DNA from: Candidatus Mailhella excrementigallinarum
GTDB taxonomy: Bacteria; Desulfobacterota; Desulfovibrionia; Desulfovibrionales; Desulfovibrionaceae
DNA length: 44,567 nt
Reading direction: 5' to 3'
Assembly: GCA_019113085.1 (NCBI GenBank)
Contig: DXIB01000239.1
Location: forward strand, 1-44,567
Below the pieces are notes generated by a model. That model did no database searches and was not told the DNA's origin. It was given only the letters and a program-made list of their open reading frames with translations. Positions 10,735 to 17,176 of this stretch are shown piece by piece (positions within the stretch are counted from its first letter, which is position 1; the number at the start of each line of letters is the position of its first letter). A program made the position numbers and the translations under genes.

Positions 10735-10776
10735 CATGCCACAGGGGGTCATTTTTGGCTACAACAATATGAATTT
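10735..10776 (-). promoter_or_regulatory. Putative late promoter, copy 2 (upstream of tape measure gene)
   Basis: Minus strand TAGCCAAAAAT-N6-CTGTGGCATG, shared with 26990-27031; TGGCATGAT resembles an extended -10. Confidence 0.65.
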
Positions 10777-10885
10777 TTAATATATCAAACACCATAAAAT
10801 GAGATAACCATGAACATAATGGAAACCCTTGCCGGAGAAATATTTTTAACCTATTATTAGCCTAAAGCTGAAAAAGGATGACAAT

Positions 10886-11029
10886 GTGGTTAAACGTGCG
10901 GCTGATATCCTCGAAAAATTCGCCGTAGGTTCGCTTTTGGTCGGACTTTATCAGGAAAAAATGTTTGCTGTTTTCCTGGCTTTCGCTGGAATTATCGCAT
11001 GCTTTTATCTGACAGGGAGGATGAAATGA
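10886..11029 (+). CDS. Small two-TM membrane protein (47 aa)
   Basis: Manual translation from GTG: MVKRAADILEKFAVGSLLVGLYQEKMFAVFLAFAGIIACFYLTGRMK; purine-rich AAGGA upstream; start uncertain. Confidence 0.55.
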   Translation: MVKRAADILEKFAVGSLLVGLYQEKMFAVFLAFAGIIACFYLTGRMK

Positions 11030-11115
11030 GCGGAAATACCCTGTGGATACTGGCCGCTCTTTTTATGGCCGGAGTATTTGTATTCGGCCTGTACATGAGC
11101 CGCCGCAAGACATGA
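11026..11115 (+). CDS. Small single-TM peptide (29 aa)
   Basis: MSGNTLWILAALFMAGVFVFGLYMSRRKT; GGGAGG RBS; ATGA overlap with the previous ORF. Confidence 0.6.
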   Translation: MSGNTLWILAALFMAGVFVFGLYMSRRKT

Positions 11116-11126
11116 TGAAAAACAAA

Positions 11127-11163
11127 AGCCCCCGCCCGGCGGATCAAACACCGGGCGGGGGCT
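11127..11163 (-). terminator. Intrinsic terminator after hicB (between convergent genes)
   Basis: 13-bp inverted repeat AGCCCCCGCCCGG/CCGGGCGGGGGCT followed by a T-rich tract on the minus strand. Confidence 0.85.
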
Positions 11164-11187
11164 GAAAACAGCAAGACGGAAAGCGCG

Positions 11188-11598
11188 TTACGCCAGCGCC
11201 ATGCTGGCTATATAGCCGGAGCGGGTCATGCCTGCCCTTTCCGCCTTGCGATCCAGCGCGGTCAGGGCGTTGCGCGGCATGGAAATCGTTACCTTTACCG
11301 GCGTTCTGTCCATGTCGGGCGCATGCACCATCTGGTACAGCGTATCAGGGGGAGTTTCCCAGCCCATTTCCCTGTCTTCCCGCTCCACCTTTTCGCGCAC
11401 ACGCGGCAGGGGAGTCGGATCGGGAATGGGGCGGCCTTCCCGGGCGTATTCCTCAAGGGAAATCCGTATGGCGTCCTCCGCCATTTCCATGGCTTCTTCC
11501 AGAGAATCGCCCTGCGTGGCCACTTCGGGAATATCCGGAACGCGCACTATATATCCGCCGTTTTTTTCCGGTTCAAATGCAACACCATAATATCTCAT
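11188..11598 (-). CDS. hicB: HicB-family antitoxin with C-terminal RHH domain
   Basis: YIVRVPDIPEVATQGDSLEEAMEMAEDAI motif; C-terminal VKVTISMPRNALTALDRKAERAGMTRSGYI; start refined to ATG 11598. Confidence 0.93.
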   Translation of the reverse strand: MRYYGVAFEPEKNGGYIVRVPDIPEVATQGDSLEEAMEMAEDAIRISLEEYAREGRPIPDPTPLPRVREKVEREDREMGWETPPDTLYQMVHAPDMDRTPVKVTISMPRNALTALDRKAERAGMTRSGYIASMALA

Positions 11599-11629
11599 AG
11601 GCGCTCCATCGGGGGGCCTCCCCCATGTT

Positions 11630-11809
11630 TTACAGAATCCGTATTCCTGTCTGTCTTTCGATGACCTTGACCATCCTGTCGTCAATCTCGTTATGCCGTC
11701 CCACAACGGTGACATAACGCCCGTCTTTCAGAATCCGGGTATGATTTCCGCCCTCCGCAAAGGTGAAACCGGCATCCCGGAGTTTTTTCAGGATATCCTT
11801 TCGTTTCAT
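11630..11809 (-). CDS. hicA: HicA-family mRNA interferase toxin (59 aa)
   Basis: Below the ORF-track cutoff; manual translation MKRKDILKKLRDAGFTFAEGGNHTRILKDGRYVTVVGRHNEIDDRMVKVIERQTGIRIL; GGAGG RBS; upstream of hicB. Confidence 0.92.
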   Translation of the reverse strand: MKRKDILKKLRDAGFTFAEGGNHTRILKDGRYVTVVGRHNEIDDRMVKVIERQTGIRIL

Positions 11810-11838
11810 CCCGCCTCCATGGGATATATAATTATGTA

Positions 11839-11873
11839 TTTTTTACATAATGTCCACTTTTTTATGTAAAAAA
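11839..11873. promoter_or_regulatory. Inverted repeat upstream of hicA, probable HicB operator
   Basis: TTTTTTACATAA-N11-TTATGTAAAAAA perfect 12-bp inverted repeat in the promoter region. Confidence 0.6.
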
Positions 11874-11887
11874 TCATAATTTCTTTT

Positions 11888-12136
11888 TTACAATACCTTT
11901 TCCTCGCCTGCGCGGTTCTGGCCGCACAGTTCCGCATACATCCGCGCGGCCACGGTCTTCCCTTCCGGGTCCAGCCGGGCGAAGTCAATGGCCGCCTGCA
12001 GAAAACGGGCGCGCAGCTTGACGCTCATGCGCCGGTGTTCGCGCAGGGTTTCCATCATCAGGGCCACGGCCCGGGCGTTCTGTTCCTTCATGGCCTCAGC
12101 CGACAGGGCGGATTCGTCCATATTACTGCGCGACAT
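11888..12136 (-). CDS. Small antirepressor-related protein
   Basis: GGAGG RBS before ATG 12136; RRMSVKLRARFLQAAIDFAR resembles RRMSPKMRDKALCYAVQMAK in the BRO protein at 16371-17165. Confidence 0.6.
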   Translation of the reverse strand: MSRSNMDESALSAEAMKEQNARAVALMMETLREHRRMSVKLRARFLQAAIDFARLDPEGKTVAARMYAELCGQNRAGEEKVL

Positions 12137-12362
12137 GTTCGGCCTCCCGTGGCTGCGCGCCGGCATGCGCCAGCATTTCACTCAGGGCGCGCATCTGCGC
12201 GTCAAGCTCCTTCGCCAGCGTGGCCGCTCCGGCCAGATCCCCCAGGTCCAGCTCCTCAAGGTCGCGGTCATTCAGAAAATGGTTCAACACCCGGATCTTG
12301 TCGGCTATGGGGTAGTATTGCGGCAGGAAATCATACATGGAACAGGGCATGGAATCGGACAT
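12123..12362 (-). CDS. Small protein whose RBS is targeted by the adjacent C4-like RNA (icd/kil-like position)
   Basis: 79 aa ORF; GAGGTG RBS overlaps the CACACGAG target; overlaps the next gene. Confidence 0.7.
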   Translation of the reverse strand: MSDSMPCSMYDFLPQYYPIADKIRVLNHFLNDRDLEELDLGDLAGAATLAKELDAQMRALSEMLAHAGAQPREAEHVAQ

Positions 12363-12398
12363 GGGGCACCTCGTGTGTTTGGGAAATTAAAATAAAAA

Positions 12399-12466
12399 GG
12401 CAGAACAACGCTCCCCGGTCACACGAGACCGCCGGGGCCTCACGGACACCCGGACGTTGTTCTGCC
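12399..12466 (-). ncRNA. C4/CI-like antisense RNA, unit B1 (cognate)
   Basis: 12-bp closing stem GGCAGAACAACG/CGTTGTTCTGCC, hairpin CGGTC-TCGTGT-GACCG; CTCGTGTG is complementary to CACACGAG upstream (12559-12566) and downstream (12370-12377). Confidence 0.8.
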
Positions 12467-12580
12467 AATATGAACCCGCCTGAAAGGGCGGAAAGTGGCA
12501 GATACGAAAAACGCCGCGATTCACTCCAGCTTGGGGCTGGCGAAGGCTCCGGCAGAGCCTCGTGTGTTCAGGGAACTTTA

Positions 12581-12608
12581 GGATTAACCGGAATATTCAC
12601 CTTGTCAA
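12581..12608 (-). promoter_or_regulatory. Putative sigma70 promoter for unit B1
   Basis: Perfect TTGACA (12608-12603), weak -10 TAATCC at 16-bp spacing. Confidence 0.5.
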
Positions 12609-12614
12609 GCAGGA

Positions 12615-13262
12615 TTAAAATGAACTGAGTTTTTTCAGTTCCCCTTGAAGGTGTTGTATTTTCTCTTTTTTCTTTATCAATTCATATGCTTCAATAATTA
12701 TTTCTGGCACATCTTTTGTTTGATATGCTGTCCCTGCACAAGAAATCATGAGCATGCCATGACCGCTGGTTGCTTCCTGAATAGATATATTGCATCCGAC
12801 AACAAAATTCGCACCCTTTTTAAGGCATTCAAATTTTGTATCAAGGATAGCACCTTTTTCTCCTTCTCGTATTTTTTCTTGATAAGTATGAGATTTTTCA
12901 CCAAAAAAATCAGTCCATGCCGATACTATTTCAGTCAGCGGTTCGGTACCTATCACTGCATGACCAGAAACAATTCCTTTAAATATTCCATCCCAAGAAA
13001 CAGGAGGAGGTGTTGTCAATAACTCAATATATTCCAATGCACTTTTTACTTTGTGTTTTAACATATCAGAAATTTCTTCTATTTCTTGACTCATTTTTTT
13101 ATTTTCTTCTTTTACATATTCATCCATACATTTTTGACACCACCCAGACGCATCAATCCCCTGCTTTCCCCAAAACTCTCTCTGGCCAGACATAGCAAGA
13201 GATGTTCCCAAGATGCCACCTATCTTTTTTCCACAAATAGAACAATTCACAGCATCAGCCAT
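12615..13262 (-). CDS. YbjQ/UPF0145-like domain protein with N-terminal zinc-binding motif
   Basis: CSICGKKI...CQKC, then GIVSGHAVIG...TDFFGEKSHTYQEKI...GANFVVG...MLMISCAGTA; AT-rich moron. Confidence 0.75.
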   Translation of the reverse strand: MADAVNCSICGKKIGGILGTSLAMSGQREFWGKQGIDASGWCQKCMDEYVKEENKKMSQEIEEISDMLKHKVKSALEYIELLTTPPPVSWDGIFKGIVSGHAVIGTEPLTEIVSAWTDFFGEKSHTYQEKIREGEKGAILDTKFECLKKGANFVVGCNISIQEATSGHGMLMISCAGTAYQTKDVPEIIIEAYELIKKKEKIQHLQGELKKLSSF

Positions 13263-13372
13263 AACCACCTCCATATTAAGTGGTCATTATCGTTAACCAA
13301 TGCTGTCTGCAAGACATGAGGGATAAACTTTATTTCGTTGATTTTGTTATGCACGTTGGCTGGACGCAAAAA

Positions 13373-13449
13373 AGGCCGGGAGCTCAAAACCGTCGTAGAA
13401 CGGCGGGCCTATTTCCCCGAAGGGTCTTGTATTAGCCCACTCCCGGCCT
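13373..13449 (-). ncRNA. C4/CI-like antisense RNA, unit A1 (orphan)
   Basis: Closing stem AGGCCGGGAG/CTCCCGGCCT, inner GGGC..CCC-TTCG-GGG..GCCC arm; guides TCTACGA and GTTTTGA complementary to upstream TCGTAGA (13519-13525) and TCAAAAC (13530-13536). Confidence 0.78.
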
Positions 13450-13551
13450 GAAAGTCGAAAAAACACCTTTGCATGTGCAAAGGGCACAAAAAACGCCACG
13501 CTGCGGGGTTGGCTGCCGTCTACGAAGGAGTTTTGAAGCTCCGTGGGATGG

Positions 13552-13580
13552 AGTAGAGCCAAAAAATACGGATCTGTCAA
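13552..13580 (-). promoter_or_regulatory. Putative sigma70 promoter for unit A1
   Basis: TTGACA-N17-TCTACT immediately upstream of the target boxes. Confidence 0.65.
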
Positions 13581-13737
13581 CTGCTCGGGCTTGCACTCAG
13601 AATAATTTAGAAATAGGTTTACTCAAGAAGTAACCATTTAATTTTTAAGGAGAAGATATGAGAAAATCATATTATCTTGACAACTAAAGCAGAGCGCAAA
13701 AGTAAAGAATATGCTTTTTACCAAGTGGGAGAGATTT

Positions 13738-14307
13738 ATGTGCAGACGTCTTTCAGTCATAATTATACTATCTTTTGCAATTTTGATTCACTTTCCTAAG
13801 TCTGCTGTAGCTGAAGGATTTGGAAAAATCGAATGGGGCATGTCCAAAGAGCAGGTAGAAAATCTAATAAATAGCAATCTTGAAAATTCATCATTCAAAA
13901 TATCACATTTTATTTTATATATGGATCAAATAAAAGTTCCATCTGAATATGTAAGTTATTCCTCAAAATTCAAGATATTTAACGTTGAATTTGATGCTGT
14001 TTTTTCATTTGACAATGCTCAACATCTCAAACAAATTGTATTATATCAAGAAAAACTTGGAGACGTAACAGTAATAACTAATGGTGGAGATTTGAATAAA
14101 AAATTTGAGAGTTATTTTACAAGACAATATGGAAAAATATATAAATCAAATTCGCTAAGATTTGATTTTATGCAATACTTAGATTTTCAATGGATGGGAA
14201 ATGAAACTTTTGTACATATGGTTGAACTTATTGATTTAAAGCCAAGTCAATCACAATATAAGCATGCAATCGAAATTATGATACGACAAGAAGATTCTCC
14301 ATTTTAA
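13738..14307 (+). CDS. Exported/periplasmic protein of unknown function (moron)
   Basis: Signal peptide MCRRLSVIIILSFAILIHFPKSAVA followed by EGFGKIEWGMSKEQV; very AT-rich; GGGAGA upstream. Confidence 0.75.
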   Translation: MCRRLSVIIILSFAILIHFPKSAVAEGFGKIEWGMSKEQVENLINSNLENSSFKISHFILYMDQIKVPSEYVSYSSKFKIFNVEFDAVFSFDNAQHLKQIVLYQEKLGDVTVITNGGDLNKKFESYFTRQYGKIYKSNSLRFDFMQYLDFQWMGNETFVHMVELIDLKPSQSQYKHAIEIMIRQEDSPF

Positions 14308-14359
14308 ACCATAAAGAGGGCAATGAAGGATTTCAGTACGCGCTGGCCGGACGCAAAAA

Positions 14360-14427
14360 GGCGGAACAACGCTCCCCGGTCCCCAGAGACCGCCGGGGCC
14401 TCACGGACACCCGGACGTTGTTCCGCC
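14360..14427 (-). ncRNA. C4/CI-like antisense RNA, unit B2 (orphan)
   Basis: Same scaffold as B1 with a compensatory stem change; guide CTCTGGGG complementary to upstream CCCCAGAG (14520-14527) and GGAGC to GCTCC (14530-14534). Confidence 0.8.
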
Positions 14428-14515
14428 AATATGCACCCGCCTGAAAGGGCGGAAAGTGGCAGATACGAAAAGCGCCGCGATTCACTCCAGCTTGGGGCTG
14501 GCGAAGGCTCCGGCA
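14360..14515. repeat. 156-bp direct repeat of 12399-12554
   Basis: Manual alignment gives 7 mismatches and no gaps. Confidence 0.95.
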
Positions 14516-14547
14516 ATGCCTCTGGGGTTGGAGCTTAAAAACAAAAA

Positions 14548-14627
14548 ACTCCGGGTGCTAGAAACGGCCAAACGAACCGCGGGCTATTTCCCCATAGAGG
14601 GTTTTATATTTCGCCCACACCCGGAGT
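14548..14627 (-). ncRNA. C4/CI-like antisense RNA, unit A2 (orphan, in tandem with B2)
   Basis: Closing stem ACTCCGGGTG/CACCCGGAGT, same inner arm layout as A1; guides CGTTTGG and GTTTCTAG complementary to upstream CCAAACG (14703-14709) and CTAGAAAC (14718-14725). Confidence 0.78.
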
Positions 14628-14792
14628 ATACACTCCACATATTGCCCTATGACCGACACATTCGGCGGACATAAAAAATCCACGGATTCAGGCGTGCCCC
14701 TGCGTTTGGTTCTAGCTGTTTCTAGTAGCTGTAGCCAAATTGGCGGATAAGTGAAAAAAATTCAAGAGGGGAGACTCAAAAAATTTTCTTTA

Positions 14793-15656
14793 TTAAAAAT
14801 ATGCTGTCAATATAACTTCTTTTGTTTTTTTGTTACAAAATAAGACAGCTTTTAGTTTAGTTACAATGCATTTATGTGTTATATTACAAGCATAAAAATT
14901 CCCCATCTTTGGACTCATGAAATCATTTGCTTCATAGATATATGGCAAATTATCATCGCCATAAAGTGTAACAACAAAAAATACTTCAAGATTTTTTTTC
15001 AATTGCCTCGCTTGATCTGGTGATACATTTTCTAGTACAATATTATCTATAAAAAGATTAGTTTTATTTATAAAAAATATTCCATACTCTATACCAGTTT
15101 CTTTTGTGTAACTTTGTCCCATACCAAACGAATTATATCCTACATTTCTTGAAAATTTCGTATTTGATATAATTAGAACAGAGTTTCCCCACACCTTATT
15201 GAACGATGGTCCTTCACCTATATGTGGATATAAAGTCAATTTCTTTGTGTCAGCATTGTAATTTATCTCGGGATAATATGTGTTTGCATGTGTTTTATAG
15301 GGAACAGCTTTAAATATAAGATATTCTTTGTTTTGCATTATTTTTTCAATTATAGGTTTAAAGTTATCCATAAAATCACTAGTTGGTGTAAATTCATCTT
15401 TTTTATTTAGCGATAATGCACTATATATTTTTTTTATATCATCATATTTTGAAGGATAACTATATACAACTTCATTTTTAGTATGAACTTCTGCAATTTC
15501 TGGACTATTATTGGACACATTTAAAGATTTACTTGTTTCAGAATTAAAAATATCATTTATCCTATTAGAATAACTCCAACTATTTTTTTGTACTTCACAT
15601 CCCGCCCCCAGAGCCATGACCAGTGCCACCGTAGCCAGCAAAAGCGACTTTCTCAT
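14793..15656 (-). CDS. Lipoprotein of unknown function (moron; superinfection-exclusion candidate)
   Basis: MRKSLLLATVALVMALGAGC lipobox; GGAGG RBS; very AT-rich body. Confidence 0.8.
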   Translation of the reverse strand: MRKSLLLATVALVMALGAGCEVQKNSWSYSNRINDIFNSETSKSLNVSNNSPEIAEVHTKNEVVYSYPSKYDDIKKIYSALSLNKKDEFTPTSDFMDNFKPIIEKIMQNKEYLIFKAVPYKTHANTYYPEINYNADTKKLTLYPHIGEGPSFNKVWGNSVLIISNTKFSRNVGYNSFGMGQSYTKETGIEYGIFFINKTNLFIDNIVLENVSPDQARQLKKNLEVFFVVTLYGDDNLPYIYEANDFMSPKMGNFYACNITHKCIVTKLKAVLFCNKKTKEVILTAYF

Positions 15657-15840
15657 AAAGGCAAACCTCCGTTTTCGCCTTGTAGCGTTAACGGAGGCCT
15701 TCACGCAAGGGTGTCCGCTTGCGGCAGAGGTGGCACATCTAAAAATAAACATATTATCAGCAGGTTATGGCAAACGGTTGAATATGATCAATTTTTAGGA
15801 TAATATTATCTTCATAATAAAGGTATAAAAAGGAGATGAC

Positions 15841-16026
15841 ATGAAAAAAGTTGTCACAAAAAGCATCGCCTTTTTTTTCGCCTTGGGATGCATGATTTCG
15901 TTTTTTCCCCGCTCCACAAGCGCCCGTGACGCTCTGATGAAGCCCTGTTCAGATGACACAGGCATAGCGCGGCATTTCAGCGCGGCATGGAAGCACATTT
16001 CCCGCGCTGTGGAATCCCATGGATAA
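15841..16026 (+). CDS. Small hypothetical protein with hydrophobic N-terminus
   Basis: 61 aa; AAGGAG RBS. Confidence 0.5.
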   Translation: MKKVVTKSIAFFFALGCMISFFPRSTSARDALMKPCSDDTGIARHFSAAWKHISRAVESHG

Positions 16027-16062
16027 GTCCCGCCCCAAAAGAGGAATAAAAAGGAGGCCATA

Positions 16063-16233
16063 ATGGCTCTGCCCATTTTTCCGACTCCCACACTCACCGG
16101 AAATGACGCAAAGCGTTTTATAAAACGGATGATGGACAAGAAACAGAGACCTGTTCCGGTTTCTGTCGATCTCGCCAAAGTTCGTGAAGCGGTTTTGCAG
16201 GTGAAAAGTGAAAAGAAACAACTTTCAAATTGA
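16063..16233 (+). CDS. Small putative antitoxin-like protein (56 aa)
   Basis: AAGGAGG RBS; MALPIFPTPTLTGNDAKRFIKRM... resembles, from recall only, short genes that precede GNAT toxins. Confidence 0.6.
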   Translation: MALPIFPTPTLTGNDAKRFIKRMMDKKQRPVPVSVDLAKVREAVLQVKSEKKQLSN

Positions 16234-16312
16234 AGGTTTCAAACTCTGCCCCGTGCTGGATTTTTCAATCTTCGCGGGGTGTTCTGTTTTTGCTGGCGAC
16301 AAAGATATAACT
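16208..16312 (+). pseudogene. Possible truncated GNAT-toxin 5' end
   Basis: Overlaps the antitoxin-like gene; ...FAGDKDITE resembles F.CGD.DL.E starts and then runs into a hairpin and the convergent BRO gene. Confidence 0.3.
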
Positions 16313-16345
16313 GAAGCCCCCGGCCATGAGGTCGGGGGCTTCAGT
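16310..16345. terminator. Hairpin terminator after the BRO gene, possibly bidirectional
   Basis: ACTGAAGCCCCCGGCC-ATGA-GGTCGGGGGCTTCAGT. Confidence 0.75.
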
Positions 16346-16370
16346 GTTCAGGGAGCATATCTTCCGCGCT

Positions 16371-17165
16371 TCACGCGGCAAAAAGCGGCGAGCGCCAGCG
16401 GACGAGGTAATAAATCTTGTTTGAGATATGGACGGGGAAATTGCGGCGCATCATCTTGCCGAAGGCTGTGAGCGTGATAGAAGGCACGTTTTCCCGCTCG
16501 GCCCACTCAAGATATGCGGTATAAAGTTTGATGCACTGAATGCCGGAACTTCTGCGCGCTTCCTCCAGATATTCACGCGCCCAGGATTCAGCCTTTTCCA
16601 GCGGGGAGTCGTCGTGAAGAGGAGTAAATTCCGGGCCGGAAATGTAATAGCAGAATTCCAGAAAATAGCGTTTCACATCCGCGCCGTAACGGCCCTTGGC
16701 CATTTGCACGGCATAGCACAGCGCCTTGTCGCGCATCTTGGGTGACATACGACGCATAATCTGTTCCAGTTCTTCGTTGTTCATGCCGGAAAGAGAAATA
16801 TTGTCGTTTCCTCCAATATTCTTTTTTCCTCCGGGCATCTTGTAGCAACCGTTCTTACGGAGTGAGGGCAGCACATCTCCGGCCAGCCATTTTTGAAAAG
16901 GCAGAGCGGCGGTTTTGTCGCTCCGGCCCAAAAAGAAATACAACCCCTGTTCGGAAAGAGTCAGCATTTCCTGTGTGCCAGAGGGGGTCACAACGGATGT
17001 GATCCCCCGCCATTCTTCCGGAACATGTGCAATACGGCTTGAACCATTCCATTCATAACCTAAAGCCAAAGCCACATCCTTCGCCACGAACCACGGGTTC
17101 CCGTTCTCGTCAAGAGCCACGCGCACCCTGTTGCCTTCAAACAGATACGGCATAATCTGAGACAT
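16371..17165 (-). CDS. BRO-N domain antirepressor-like protein with C-terminal primase-type winged-helix
   Basis: FEGNRVRV...PWFVAKDVALALGY...LSEQGLYFFLGRSDK..ALPFQKWLAGDVLPSLRKNG; start refined to ATG 17165 with GGAGG RBS. Confidence 0.9.
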   Translation of the reverse strand: MSQIMPYLFEGNRVRVALDENGNPWFVAKDVALALGYEWNGSSRIAHVPEEWRGITSVVTPSGTQEMLTLSEQGLYFFLGRSDKTAALPFQKWLAGDVLPSLRKNGCYKMPGGKKNIGGNDNISLSGMNNEELEQIMRRMSPKMRDKALCYAVQMAKGRYGADVKRYFLEFCYYISGPEFTPLHDDSPLEKAESWAREYLEEARRSSGIQCIKLYTAYLEWAERENVPSITLTAFGKMMRRNFPVHISNKIYYLVRWRSPLFAA

Positions 17166-17176
17166 TTTCCCTCCGT

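Noticed and set aside
13658-13687. Nine-codon ORF MRKSYYLDN with a strong RBS, starting like the 15656 lipoprotein
   Set aside because: Too short to support; could be a cassette scar but a four-residue match is weak.
12399-14515. DGR template/variable repeat pair
   Set aside because: Neither copy lies at the end of a target gene, the mismatches form structural covariation, and no reverse transcriptase is visible.
14304-14516. Short minus-strand ORFs across the RNA units (14304-14516, 13347-13580), which resemble 'ash-family' protein annotations
   Set aside because: No clear RBS, and the variation pattern (compensatory stem pair, loop-target covariation) is explained by RNA structure; translation is not excluded but is unsupported.
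12399-14627. CRISPR or TIGR-type array
   Set aside because: No regular repeat-spacer periodicity and no Cas- or Nop-domain-like gene recognisable in the window.
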